64,000 bases of DNA. Source: Anaeromyxobacteraceae bacterium. Lineage in GTDB: Bacteria > Myxococcota > Myxococcia > Myxococcales > Anaeromyxobacteraceae. How positions within the stretch are numbered: the stretch's first letter is position 1; every line of letters begins with the position of its first letter. The stretch lies in NCBI GenBank assembly GCA_032654565.1, contig JAULAX010000010.1, positions 32,001 to 96,000 on the forward strand, written 5' to 3'. A model generated the notes under the pieces. That model was given only the letters and a program-made list of their open reading frames with translations, made no database searches and had not been told where the DNA came from. The position numbers and the translations under genes were made by a program. Shown here in pieces: positions 49,318 to 61,862 of the stretch.

Positions 49318-50604
49318 TCAGGGCGTCCCGGTGGCGCCGGAGGTGATCGGCGGCGCCGGGGCGAGGCTGCTCCAGAAGCCGATGGAGAGCGAGACGTTGT
49401 TGAACCGATCCGCCAGGTCGGCGCCGCCGGACAGCTGGAGATCCCAGGGCCAGAAGGGGATCCGCTGCTCCAGCCCCAGGGTCCCGTGGGGCCGCGGTGA
49501 GGCGCCGGTGCGCGAGGGTTCGAGGTAGACGCCGGCTCGGATGCGGAAGCGGTCGGGGATCCAGTCCCACTCGGCGCCGGCGCGCGGCACCAGGCTGGCG
49601 CGCGCACCCGAGCGGACCGAGCTGCCGTCGAGGGCGCTGGCGAGGGAGATGGCGCCCGTCGAGCGGCCCACCAGGTCGAGCTGGACCGAGAGCACCACCG
49701 GGGCCCGGTCGGAAGGCTCCCAGGCTGGCCCCTCGACCCGCTCCGGGTGCTCCGCGACGTGGAGCGGCGGCGGCTCGTTGAAGCGCCGGGCGTTGGGGCC
49801 AATCCAGCAGGAGGCGCCGACCGCCACCTGCCAAGGGAATTCGAAGGCGGTCGGGGCGCCGACCGGGAGGGTCCCACGCAGGCCGGAGACTCCCGAGGAC
49901 TTCCCGGTCTGGAGCGAGCCGCCCACCCGCCACGCCCGCCCGCGGGGGCGCCAGAGCCCACCCAGCCGGAAGGTGAGCGCCGCGTAGCTGGCCTGGTCTC
50001 GCGCCGTGGCGCTGCCCGGCGGGAGCCACTCGAAGGTGCCGAGGTGGCTGACCAGGCCTCCCCCCAGCACCAGCGCGCCTCGCCACCCCGACCAGCCGAG
50101 TGAGAGCGAGACGCGGCTCAGCCCGACCTGCTGAGTCGCCAGGCCGGTGGTCCGCTGGCTGAGCAGGACGGACTGGGCCGTCAGGCCGGCGCCGAGCCTG
50201 CCGTACTGGCCGGAAAGGCCGCCGAGGACGTTGCCGAACCCGGAGAGTCCGCCGTCGTTCCGGCCGTCGTTGTCGACGTCGATCCGGGAGAGGGCGCCCG
50301 GGGTGGGGACGAACCAGGTGAGCGTCCCGTCCCAGTCCCAGCCCCGCTCCAGCCGGCGATCCCACTGGGCCACCGCCGCGGGGTTGAAGGGCTCACCGGC
50401 GATCCCCTCGCCGAGGCCGACGTAGGCCCCAGCCATGCCGGCGGGACGACCGCCGGCCATGAGCAGCCCGAGGTAGCCGTCGACCGGGGCCGCGCCGGCC
50501 ACCCGCGGGGCGGCGGCGACCAGCGCGATGGAGAGGAGGCCCGCCGCCAGGCCGTGGCGCCGGCTAGTGATCGTGGCCGTGGCCGTGATCGTGGCCGTGG
50601 TCAT
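49318..50604 (-). CDS. Putative outer-membrane beta-barrel (FadL/PorV-like); start uncertain
   Basis: Signal-like N-terminus, GRPAGMAGAYVGLGEG..FNPAA motif, amphipathic strands ending SLSIGFW. Confidence 0.65.
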   Translation of the reverse strand: MTTATITATATITSRRHGLAAGLLSIALVAAAPRVAGAAPVDGYLGLLMAGGRPAGMAGAYVGLGEGIAGEPFNPAAVAQWDRRLERGWDWDGTLTWFVPTPGALSRIDVDNDGRNDGGLSGFGNVLGGLSGQYGRLGAGLTAQSVLLSQRTTGLATQQVGLSRVSLSLGWSGWRGALVLGGGLVSHLGTFEWLPPGSATARDQASYAALTFRLGGLWRPRGRAWRVGGSLQTGKSSGVSGLRGTLPVGAPTAFEFPWQVAVGASCWIGPNARRFNEPPPLHVAEHPERVEGPAWEPSDRAPVVLSVQLDLVGRSTGAISLASALDGSSVRSGARASLVPRAGAEWDWIPDRFRIRAGVYLEPSRTGASPRPHGTLGLEQRIPFWPWDLQLSGGADLADRFNNVSLSIGFWSSLAPAPPITSGATGTP

Positions 50605-51085
50605 GGCCGTGCCCATCGGCGCCGTGGGCGTGGCCGTGCTCCAGCTCCTCCGAGGAGGCGGCCCGGACCTCGGTGATGGTCACGTCGAAGTGGAGGGTGC
50701 GGCCGGCCAGCGGGTGGTTGAAGTCCACGGTGACGGTCTCGCCGATCACGGCGCGGATGGTGAAGGGGAGCGGCTCGCCGTCCGGCCCCTGGGCCACCAG
50801 CTCCAGGCCGACCTTCGGCTCGAAGCCCTCGGGAAAGGCGGAGGTGGGGACCTGCTGCAGGGCGGTGGGATCGGCCTCGCCGTACCCGTCGACCGGCGCC
50901 ACGGTGGCCTGGGTGCGAACGCCGGCCTCCAGCCCCTCGAGGGCCCGCTCCAGCCCCGGGACGATCTGCGACTGGCCGTGGAGGTAGACGAGCGGATCAC
51001 CGGGCTCCGAGGAGTCGACGACCACGCCGTCGCCGAGGTGCAGCTTGTACTCCAACGAGACCACGCTGCCGTTGCCCACCTTCAT
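50564..51085 (-). CDS. slyD: FKBP-type PPIase SlyD with His-rich tail
   Basis: PLVYLHG..IVPGLE, VDFNHPLAGRTLHF, EELEHGHAHG..(GHDH)n. Confidence 0.95.
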   Translation of the reverse strand: MKVGNGSVVSLEYKLHLGDGVVVDSSEPGDPLVYLHGQSQIVPGLERALEGLEAGVRTQATVAPVDGYGEADPTALQQVPTSAFPEGFEPKVGLELVAQGPDGEPLPFTIRAVIGETVTVDFNHPLAGRTLHFDVTITEVRAASSEELEHGHAHGADGHGHDHGHDHGHGHDH

Positions 51086-51266
51086 GACGTCTCCAAGCGC
51101 TGTTCAGGCTGCCGCGATCCGGATCCAGGGAGGGCCCGGGGCGGCAAAGGGGGCGTCATACCGCGCGGCGTGGGGAGAGGCACGCGGAAAAATCACCCCC
51201 GATTTCGTCCCGCGGGCGGGGGACGCTTGCGGGACGGCGGGGAGGCGCGGGGGTACCGGAGGTGGC

Positions 51267-52424
51267 CTAGCCGGCGGCGACCCGCAGGGCCGGCTCGGCG
51301 ACCGCCAGCCGCCCCTCCAAATCCTCCAGCAGGGCCCGGGCGGTCGGCAGCTCGGCCACGGTCCGCTCCGGGATCCGGGTGATGGAGGAGCCGGTGTAGA
51401 AGAGCCCGTGCTCGGTGTCGCCCTTGATGGCCGCCGCCAGCAGGGCGTCGGTGATGCAGAAGCTCTCGCGGAACTGGGAGGCGCGGCAGAGACAGAGCTC
51501 CTCGGCCAGGCACTCCACGCAGGCCTTCTTGCGGCCGTGGAACCCCTCGGCGCCGAAGTACCAGGCCTTGCTGCGCGGCGGGAAGCGCTGGCCGCGGGCC
51601 AGGGCGTCGGTGAAGGGGTTGCGCACGGCCCGGGCCTTCATCCCCTTCACGCAGCTGGTGATCAGGGTGATCTCGGCGTCGGTCTTGCCGAGGTGCATCT
51701 GCTTGAAGTTGGGGTGGACGTCGCCGTCCGAGCAGGCCAGGAAGCGGGAGGCCAGCTGCACGCCGGCGGCGCCGGCCTTGAAGTAGCGGGCCACGTCGGA
51801 GGCGTCCACGCCGCCCGCCGCCACCACCGGCAGCGAGGTGGCGGCCACCACCTCGTCGACCAGGCCGGGGAGCGGGTGGCCGATGTCGCCGATGTGGCCG
51901 CCAGCCTCGGCCCCCTCGGCGACCACGAAGTCGGCGCCCCACTTCTCGTACATGGCGGCGAGGCGCCCCGAGGAGACGATGCCGGCGAACGGCGTGTTGC
52001 CGGCGCGGCACCACTTGATGATCTCGCGCGAGATGCCGGCGCCCTGCACGATGAAGGAGATCCCCTCCTCCATGGCGATGCGGGCCGAGGCCTCGAACTC
52101 GGACTTGTTGATGGCCGCCATCAGGTTGAGCCCCACGTAGCCGCCCGGGGCCTCGGCCCGGGCCCGCCGGATCTCGCGGCGCAGGTGGTCGGGGGTCTTC
52201 ACCACCGCCGAGATGGTGCCGACGCCCACCAGCCGGTCGCCGCGGTGGGCGGCCACCTTGCCGGCCAGCCCGTCGGAGGCGTGGACGCCCATGGCGCCCT
52301 GGACCAGCAGGCGCCGCCCCGAGGCGACGATGGCCTGGACCGCGGCGCGGTCGAGCCGGGCGAGCGGTGGCAGCGGGCTCGGCTCCAGGGGTGCGACGGC
52401 AACGGCGGCGGCGGTGGGGCTCAT
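51267..52424 (-). CDS. Nitronate monooxygenase / FabK-like flavoprotein
   Basis: VQGAMGV, QGAG, EGAEAGGH, VVAAGG, GVQLASRF; Cys cluster CVEC..C..FCI; GLFYTG. Confidence 0.88.
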   Translation of the reverse strand: MSPTAAAVAVAPLEPSPLPPLARLDRAAVQAIVASGRRLLVQGAMGVHASDGLAGKVAAHRGDRLVGVGTISAVVKTPDHLRREIRRARAEAPGGYVGLNLMAAINKSEFEASARIAMEEGISFIVQGAGISREIIKWCRAGNTPFAGIVSSGRLAAMYEKWGADFVVAEGAEAGGHIGDIGHPLPGLVDEVVAATSLPVVAAGGVDASDVARYFKAGAAGVQLASRFLACSDGDVHPNFKQMHLGKTDAEITLITSCVKGMKARAVRNPFTDALARGQRFPPRSKAWYFGAEGFHGRKKACVECLAEELCLCRASQFRESFCITDALLAAAIKGDTEHGLFYTGSSITRIPERTVAELPTARALLEDLEGRLAVAEPALRVAAG

Positions 52425-52648
52425 GGACTCGCTCCGGGGGCCCGCGGGGGGAATGCATCGGGCGTCGAGGGGGAGGAGCCTAGGGAGGTGGTGTCATGCC
52501 GGTGTCACGAGGCAGCGGGAATCGTCGGACGCAGTGCGTCGTGGTTCACTGGTCGGTCCGGGCGAATCGCTGCGGGCTTTGGGGGCGGCCCTTGACCGGA
52601 TAAGCTCAACTCACCCAGCCGATGGTCGCGAAAGGACCGGCATTCCTG

Positions 52649-53158
52649 ATGCGCATCTCATTCCCTGCCCAGGTCGCTGCGGTCTCGCTGCTCGCGCTGC
52701 TCGCATCCGGTTGCAGCGATCCGGTGCCGCCGAAGCCGACGGCCCAGGCGCCTTCTCCGCCGCCAGCCCCGGAGCCGCTCCCGCCGCCCACCAAACCGGT
52801 GCCGCAACCGCCACCGCCGTCCCCCGACAAGGAGAGGGCGGTCCCTCCGTCGTTGCCGCCTCCACCGGCGAAGGCGCCCGTGGCGACACAGCACGAGAAG
52901 CTGGGCGCCGGCCAGTGCCGCGGCTGCCACCGGCTCCAGTACGACTCGTGGGTCAAGTCGGGCCACGCCCGCAAGGGGCTCGACTGCGAGGGGTGCCACG
53001 GCAACGGGTCGGAGTACGCCAAGGCCAGGGTGATGAGGGACCCGGCCGCGGCCAAGGCGGCCGGCCTGATCTTCCAGACCGCCGCCTTCTGCGAGAAGTG
53101 CCACCCCACCGCCGACGCCTCGTTCCTGCCGAAGGCGCACGCCCACAAGAAGCGGTAG
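52649..53158 (+). CDS. Triheme c-type cytochrome lipoprotein with Pro-rich linker
   Basis: Lipobox ASGC; CRGCH, CEGCH, CEKCH. Confidence 0.85.
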   Translation: MRISFPAQVAAVSLLALLASGCSDPVPPKPTAQAPSPPPAPEPLPPPTKPVPQPPPPSPDKERAVPPSLPPPPAKAPVATQHEKLGAGQCRGCHRLQYDSWVKSGHARKGLDCEGCHGNGSEYAKARVMRDPAAAKAAGLIFQTAAFCEKCHPTADASFLPKAHAHKKR

Positions 53159-53245
53159 AGCGCAGCCGGTCACCCCCGGCCGCAGGAGCCAGGGGGGCAC
53201 GGGATGTGCTCCAGGCCCCGGCCCCGGGGCGGGCCTCGGCAGGCG

Positions 53246-56344
<3,099 letters not shown>

Positions 56345-56373
56345 GGCGGTTCCCGGGGCGGCGTGGGGCGGGG

Positions 56374-57459
56374 TCAGTCGACCAGCGGGACGACCGGGTC
56401 GCCGGCCGCCAGGGTGCCGGGATCGAGGATGATGGCGGTGGTGGCGTCGAGCCCGGCGGAGACCGCCACGGTGCCCGGGTTGACCTGGACCGGCGTGATC
56501 ACCCGCCGCTCGGCCTTGCCCCCGACGATGACGAAGACCCAGCTCTCGGCCCCGGCGGTCCTGACCGCGGTGGCCGGCACGTAGAGCCCGTCCTTGTCAC
56601 CGAAGCCGCCGAAGTCGACGTTGGCCAGGGTGCCGGGGCGCAGCGGCGCCCCCTCCACCTTGACCACGTCCACCAGCACCTCGATGGTCCGGGTGCCGGG
56701 GTCGATGACGGCGTTCTTGACCCGCACCGTGGCCTCGAACTTCTGGCCGCCCGGGGTGGTGACGCCGGTGACCTTCTGGCCCACCTTGACGAAGGGCTCC
56801 ACCCCCTCGGGCACGGCCAGCCGGGCCTCGAGGTGGTCGACGTCGGCCACCGAGACGATGGGGGTGAGGGGCATGGCGGTGACCGAGTCGCCGGCATTCC
56901 TGAACTTGCCGGTGACCACGCCGGCGAAGGGGGCGGTCAGCACCGAGTCGGCCAGCTGCTGCTCGGCCATCTTCAGGCCGGCCCGGGCCTGGTCGGCCTG
57001 GGCGGCGGCCAGCTCGGCGCCGGTCTTGACCCGGTCGAAGGTGGCGTCGGCCAGGACCTGCTGGTCGCTGAGCGACTGGCCGCGCTTCAGCTCGCGCTCC
57101 GCCGAGGCCAGGTTGGCCTCGGCCACCTTGACCATGGCCCGGGCGTTCTCGACGCCGATGGCCTGCAGGGCGTTGTCCATCTCCGCCAGCGCCTGGCCCT
57201 GCCTGACCCGGTCGCCCACCTGGACCATCACCCGCCGGATCTGGCCGGAGCCCTTGGCCGCCAGCACCGCGTCCTGGCTGGCGCGGATGGGGCCGGTGGC
57301 GCGGGCCAGGCCGGTCTCCAGCCGGGTGGCCGGCTTGCCGACCTTGACGGCGCGGGCGGCGGTCCCGGTCTCGGGGAGGTTGGCCTTCTCGGCCTTGTGG
57401 CCGCAGGCGGCGAGGGCGAGGGCGGCGACGAGGGCGGGGACCAGCGGGCGGGCGTGCAT
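56374..57459 (-). CDS. RND periplasmic adaptor (lipoprotein)
   Basis: Lipobox LAAC; GDRVRQGQAL; APFAGVV; IDPGTRT; GGAG RBS. Confidence 0.92.
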   Translation of the reverse strand: MHARPLVPALVAALALAACGHKAEKANLPETGTAARAVKVGKPATRLETGLARATGPIRASQDAVLAAKGSGQIRRVMVQVGDRVRQGQALAEMDNALQAIGVENARAMVKVAEANLASAERELKRGQSLSDQQVLADATFDRVKTGAELAAAQADQARAGLKMAEQQLADSVLTAPFAGVVTGKFRNAGDSVTAMPLTPIVSVADVDHLEARLAVPEGVEPFVKVGQKVTGVTTPGGQKFEATVRVKNAVIDPGTRTIEVLVDVVKVEGAPLRPGTLANVDFGGFGDKDGLYVPATAVRTAGAESWVFVIVGGKAERRVITPVQVNPGTVAVSAGLDATTAIILDPGTLAAGDPVVPLVD

Positions 57460-57490
57460 GAGGTGACTCCTGGAGTTGCGCGACTCGGAA

Positions 57491-58126
57491 CTAGGCGGGG
57501 CCGGTGGCCCGGGAACCGTGGAGGGCGAGGTCGACGACCAGCCGGGCCTGCTCGGCGACGGGCGCCAGGTCGGTGCCGGCGACGTGACCATTGTGGAAGG
57601 CGTGGGAGATGCCGGCCAGCGCCCGGGCCGCCAGCTCCACCGGGCAGCGCAGCTCGCGGCGGCCCACGTGGCGGCGCAGCCAGGCGGTCATGTCGGCCTC
57701 GTAGAGGGCCATCCCGGCGCGCAGGTCGGGGAGCGGGGCGGCGTCGGAGCCGGCGGCGGGGCGGCTGTCGAGCAGCACCGCGAAGAGCTCGCGCCGCTCC
57801 CGGGTCAGCTCGAACTGCGCCCGCAGCAGCGCCTCCAGCCGGGCCGGGAGCGGCTGGGCCCGGTCCACCGGCAGCTCGAAGGTGGCGTGCAGCTCCGCCT
57901 CGAGCAGCTCGATGAGGCTGGAGAAGATCTCCTCCTTGCTCTCGAAGTAGCGGTAGAGCGAGGGCGGGGCGTAGCCGGCGGCCTCGGCCAGGTCGGCCAG
58001 CGTGGCCGCGGCGTAGCCGTGGCGGGCGAAGACCCCGGCGGCGGCCAGCAGGATCTCGCGCCGGACCCGCTGGTGGGTCCTCTGCTGCCGGGTCTGGGCC
58101 GGCGACGGCGAGACGCGAACGCTCAT
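57491..58126 (-). CDS. TetR/AcrR-family regulator
   Basis: ILLAAAGVFARHGY..TLADLAEAAG..SLYRYFESKEE. Confidence 0.93.
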   Translation of the reverse strand: MSVRVSPSPAQTRQQRTHQRVRREILLAAAGVFARHGYAAATLADLAEAAGYAPPSLYRYFESKEEIFSSLIELLEAELHATFELPVDRAQPLPARLEALLRAQFELTRERRELFAVLLDSRPAAGSDAAPLPDLRAGMALYEADMTAWLRRHVGRRELRCPVELAARALAGISHAFHNGHVAGTDLAPVAEQARLVVDLALHGSRATGPA

Positions 58127-58164
58127 TCGCGTCGCGTTATCATCGGTTCGCGCCCTGCTGTCAA
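58112..58164 (-). promoter_or_regulatory. Sigma-70 promoter and probable TetR operator
   Basis: TTGACA (58164-58159)-N17-GATAAC (58141-58136); palindrome GACGCGAA-N6-TTCGCGTC at 58112-58133. Confidence 0.7.
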
Positions 58165-58166
58165 GC

Positions 58167-61121
58167 CTACCTGACGTCGAAGTAGGCCCGCGGCCCCGGT
58201 GTCTTCCGGGAGCGCTCACCTCCCTCCACGAGGAAGATGCGGGCCGGGTCGAGCCCGGCGGCCAGCAGGGCGTCGCGCGCCGCCTGGGCCCGGGCGGTGG
58301 CCAGGGCCGGCAGCGCCTCGGGTGGGATGGTCACCACCCCCAGCAGGGCCGCCTCCAGGGCCGACGGGTCGGGCGGGGTCGGGTCCCTCCTGCCGGCGGC
58401 GGGCGCCGGTGGCGGGGGGGTCGCGGCCCAGGCGGCCGCCAGCCAGCGGGGCCGCTCCTCGGCCGACACCGTCACCGCCTCCTCTGCGGCGGGGGGACGC
58501 TGCGCCGCCCCCTTGGTCCGTCGCAGCAACCGCTCGAGCTCGACCCGGCGCAGGGCCTCGCCGTCGCGCCCCGGGTCGGCCGACCCGTCCAGCTCCAGCC
58601 CGAGCCGGGGGCGCTCGGCCAGCGCCTTGCCCAGCAGCGCGAGCCGCTTCCCGGCCGCCTCGTCCAGGGCGGCCCCTCCCGGCGTGAACTCGATGAGCGA
58701 GAGGTCCTCCGTGGCGCCACCGGCCAGCGAGGCCAGGGCGCTGAACGGGGAGGCCGCCACCTTGACCAGGAGCGAGGTCAAGGTGTGCCAGATGACCCGG
58801 CCGAGGCGGAAGGTCGGATCGTCGAGGTCTCCCTCCACGGGGACGTCGAGCAGGATCACGCCGTCCTTGTCGGTGAGGATGGCCAGCGCCAGGCGGACCG
58901 GGAGCGAGGTGGCCTCCTTGCTGTCAACTGCATCACCCAGCGTGAACTGGTCGAAGCGGATGACGTTGGCGCCCCTGAGCTTCCGCGCCTCGACCTTCCA
59001 GCTGAGCGCGAGGTCGAGCTTGCCCTTCCGGATCAGGTAGCCGAGGTGCCTCCCGGCCAGCGGGGCGAGCGGCGTCAGGTCGACGCCGCGGGTCCGGAGC
59101 TCGAGGTCGGTGAAGGCCTCCTGCTGCAGGGGGTTGACGGTGCCGGTCACGGTGAAGGGGGCGGCGCCGTCCACCGAGCCCTTCAGGTCGACGCTGGAGC
59201 GAACCTTCGGGTCGGAGGAGAGGTCGCTGATGCGGGCCTCGAGATCGGTGAGCGCCGCGACCACCGGAGGGGTGGTCGACCGATCGGTGTAGGAGACCTG
59301 GCCGCGGATCACCTGCAGGAGCGCCACCGAGGTGCGCCACGGGGGCGCCCCCGCGCCGGGCCGACCCGCCGCGGCCGGGGGCTTCGAAGGGGCGTCACCG
59401 TCGGTCCGAAGGGTCGCCGCCGGGCCGGCGGTCCCGGCCTCCGCGCCCGGGGAGCCCCTGGGGCCGAGCCCGGAGCTCCCGTCCTCGAAGACCACCCCGC
59501 GCAGCCGCGGCTCGGTGAGGCGGACCAGGCGGATGCTGGCCCGCCGGGTGGAGGCGCTCTCCAGGCCGAGCAGCTCGAGCGAGCGCCACCGGACCAGCGC
59601 CTCGTCGCGCGTCGGGTGACGCATCGTGAAACCATTGAGCCGGACATCCCCGGCGAAGGTCCAGCGGGCTTCCGGTCCAGAGCCGTCGAAGCTGGTCCGG
59701 GCCTTGAACCCGAGCGTCCCGGCGGCGAGCCGGAGCGGCGAGGCGGCGTCGGCGTAGGGGGAGACCGGCACCAGGTCGAGGCCGGCGGCCTCGACCGTCA
59801 GCTCACCCTGGGCGGCCAGGGGGCGGACCTTCCCCACCAGCGAGACCGTCCCGCCCTCCCCCCAGCGGAAGGAGGCGGTGAGCGGGCAGACCACGGCCGG
59901 ATCCTGCTTCAGCCCGGTGAGCCTGAGCTGCAGGCCGGAGAGCGAGAGGCGCACCGGCCGGGGGGACTGCAGGTCCTCGGCGTCGACCGCCAGCCCGTCC
60001 ACCGCCACCGTCCCCACCGTCCAGCGCCAGGGGGACGGTGGCCCGGGGCTGGTCTCGAGCAGCTCGAGGAGGGCCACGCGGCCGTCGGGCTCGCGGCGAG
60101 GGGTGAGCCGGCCGCCGACCACCTTCACCTCGGCCACCGTCGCCTCCCGGGCCAGCACGTCCACCTCGACCCCGTTCACCTCGAGGCGCGGGAGGTCGAC
60201 GGCGCGCGAGGCGTCGCGGCGTCGGGCCAGCTGCAGGTTCTCGACCAGCAGCCGCAGCCCGCTCACCCGGAAGTACGGCTTCGGAGTCCCCAGCTCCAGG
60301 GCGTAGGTGGCCTCGACCGCGGCGGTGCCGCGCTCCACCAGCAGCGACGGCGTCGAGTCGACCTGGTACGGGCCGTACTTGGGGAGCTGCAGCCCCCTGA
60401 AGGCGATGGCGCCGGCGGAGCGCAGCGGCTCGGAGTGGACGGTGCCCTTCCATTCGAAGGTCTCGCCCGACTCGGTGCTCCCCTTGAAGGTGTACGGGCT
60501 GTCGACGTCGCCGGTGGTGCGGAAGTCCTCGAGCCGGACGGTGAGCGGGCCGAGCGCGGTCTCGAAGGGCGGGCGACGGGTGGCGTCGGCGAAGGCCACC
60601 CGGGCCTCGACGATCTCCAGCAGGTCGAGCGCCACGCCGAGCCGCCGCGACGGCGGGCCGGCCGCCGGCGTGGGGGTGGTGTCACCGGCGTCGAGCAGGT
60701 CCTGGATGTTCAGCAGGCCGTGGGCGTCGAGCGCGGCGCGGAGGAAGGGGCGGGCGAGCCGCACCTCGGCCACGCCGGCGTAGCCCTGCAGCAGCCGCCA
60801 CGGGGCCAGGCGGACGTGGAGGGCCTCCCAGGACGCCAGCGTCGGAGCATCCCGGTCGGCGACCCGCAGGCCGTTGACGTCGACGGTGAGCGTGAAGGGG
60901 TTGACCTTCACCTCGGCGACGGTGACGCGCCGCTTCAGGCGGAGGCTTCCCTGCTCCTCGATGGTGGCGCGGATCAGCTTCGGGGCCAGCAGGAAGCCGA
61001 ACGCCGCCCAGGCGGTCACCAGGGCGAGCACCACGGCGCCGATCAGCGGCAGCCTGCGGCGCCAGCGGGAGCGAGGAGGGGACGGGGAGGGGGAGGGGGA
61101 CGGGGCGGTCGCGGGGTCCAT
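58167..61121 (-). CDS. DUF748 domain protein (AsmA-like)
   Basis: N-terminal TM, VKVNPFTL, repeated beta-taco-like segments, SLPVRLALAILTDKDGVILLDVPVEGDLDDP.F. Confidence 0.88.
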   Translation of the reverse strand: MDPATAPSPSPSPSPPRSRWRRRLPLIGAVVLALVTAWAAFGFLLAPKLIRATIEEQGSLRLKRRVTVAEVKVNPFTLTVDVNGLRVADRDAPTLASWEALHVRLAPWRLLQGYAGVAEVRLARPFLRAALDAHGLLNIQDLLDAGDTTPTPAAGPPSRRLGVALDLLEIVEARVAFADATRRPPFETALGPLTVRLEDFRTTGDVDSPYTFKGSTESGETFEWKGTVHSEPLRSAGAIAFRGLQLPKYGPYQVDSTPSLLVERGTAAVEATYALELGTPKPYFRVSGLRLLVENLQLARRRDASRAVDLPRLEVNGVEVDVLAREATVAEVKVVGGRLTPRREPDGRVALLELLETSPGPPSPWRWTVGTVAVDGLAVDAEDLQSPRPVRLSLSGLQLRLTGLKQDPAVVCPLTASFRWGEGGTVSLVGKVRPLAAQGELTVEAAGLDLVPVSPYADAASPLRLAAGTLGFKARTSFDGSGPEARWTFAGDVRLNGFTMRHPTRDEALVRWRSLELLGLESASTRRASIRLVRLTEPRLRGVVFEDGSSGLGPRGSPGAEAGTAGPAATLRTDGDAPSKPPAAAGRPGAGAPPWRTSVALLQVIRGQVSYTDRSTTPPVVAALTDLEARISDLSSDPKVRSSVDLKGSVDGAAPFTVTGTVNPLQQEAFTDLELRTRGVDLTPLAPLAGRHLGYLIRKGKLDLALSWKVEARKLRGANVIRFDQFTLGDAVDSKEATSLPVRLALAILTDKDGVILLDVPVEGDLDDPTFRLGRVIWHTLTSLLVKVAASPFSALASLAGGATEDLSLIEFTPGGAALDEAAGKRLALLGKALAERPRLGLELDGSADPGRDGEALRRVELERLLRRTKGAAQRPPAAEEAVTVSAEERPRWLAAAWAATPPPPAPAAGRRDPTPPDPSALEAALLGVVTIPPEALPALATARAQAARDALLAAGLDPARIFLVEGGERSRKTPGPRAYFDVR

Positions 61122-61199
61122 GGACTCCCTTCTAGGACGCTTCGCCGACGGTGGCCAAACCCCGATTGGGACCTCGGCGGCCCCCCTGGGGCGCCGCGC

Positions 61200-61862
61200 T
61201 CAAGGGAGGATCTGCAACACCCAGGAGCGCATGGGGGTCCGCTCCTCGATCTCCAGCGAGACCGGCACCTCGAAGCAGGCCTGGTCGGCGACCCGCTCGC
61301 GCGGCGAGTAGAGCCGGCCAGGGTCACCCACCAGCACCGTGAGCCCCTCCGCCGCCAGGGCGCGGAACCAGGCCAGCGACCGCTCGGCGAAGGGCTTCTC
61401 GTAGAAGACGTCGCCGGCCAGCACCACGTCGACGCCAAGGAGCGGCTGGCCCAGCAGGTCGACGAGGCGGGGGGTGAGGGTCACGCCGTTGAGGGCGGCG
61501 TTCATCGGCACCACCACCTCGCAGAACGGGGCCAGGTCGGTGGAGTCGACGCTGGCGGCGCCGGCCTTGAGGGCGGCGATCCCCACCAGCCCCGAGCCGG
61601 TGGCGAAGTCGAGCACCCGCCGCCCCCGCACCAGCTCCGGCCGGTCGAGCAGGTGGCGGGCCAGCGCCTGGCCTCCGGCCCAGGGGAAGGCCCAGAAGGG
61701 CGAGGCGTCGTAGCGCTCCAGCTGCGCCGAGGTGGCGTGCCAGAGGGGGGTCAGCTCGGTGGCCTGGTAGAGCGAGATCTCGGGGACCAGCGCCACCGGG
61801 GCCGGGGCGGTCTGCCGCCGGACGAAGTCGCGCCAGCGGACCAGCTGGTCATCCGGGGTCAC
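61200..61862 (-). CDS. Class I SAM-dependent (protein lysine-type) methyltransferase
   Basis: PFWAFPWAGGQALAR, VLDFATGSG, LAGDVFY, VGDPGR. Confidence 0.9.
   Translation of the reverse strand: MTPDDQLVRWRDFVRRQTAPAPVALVPEISLYQATELTPLWHATSAQLERYDASPFWAFPWAGGQALARHLLDRPELVRGRRVLDFATGSGLVGIAALKAGAASVDSTDLAPFCEVVVPMNAALNGVTLTPRLVDLLGQPLLGVDVVLAGDVFYEKPFAERSLAWFRALAAEGLTVLVGDPGRLYSPRERVADQACFEVPVSLEIEERTPMRSWVLQILP

Noticed and set aside
50564..50640. gtggccgtgatc tandem repeats
   Set aside because: They simply encode the SlyD (GHDH)n tail.
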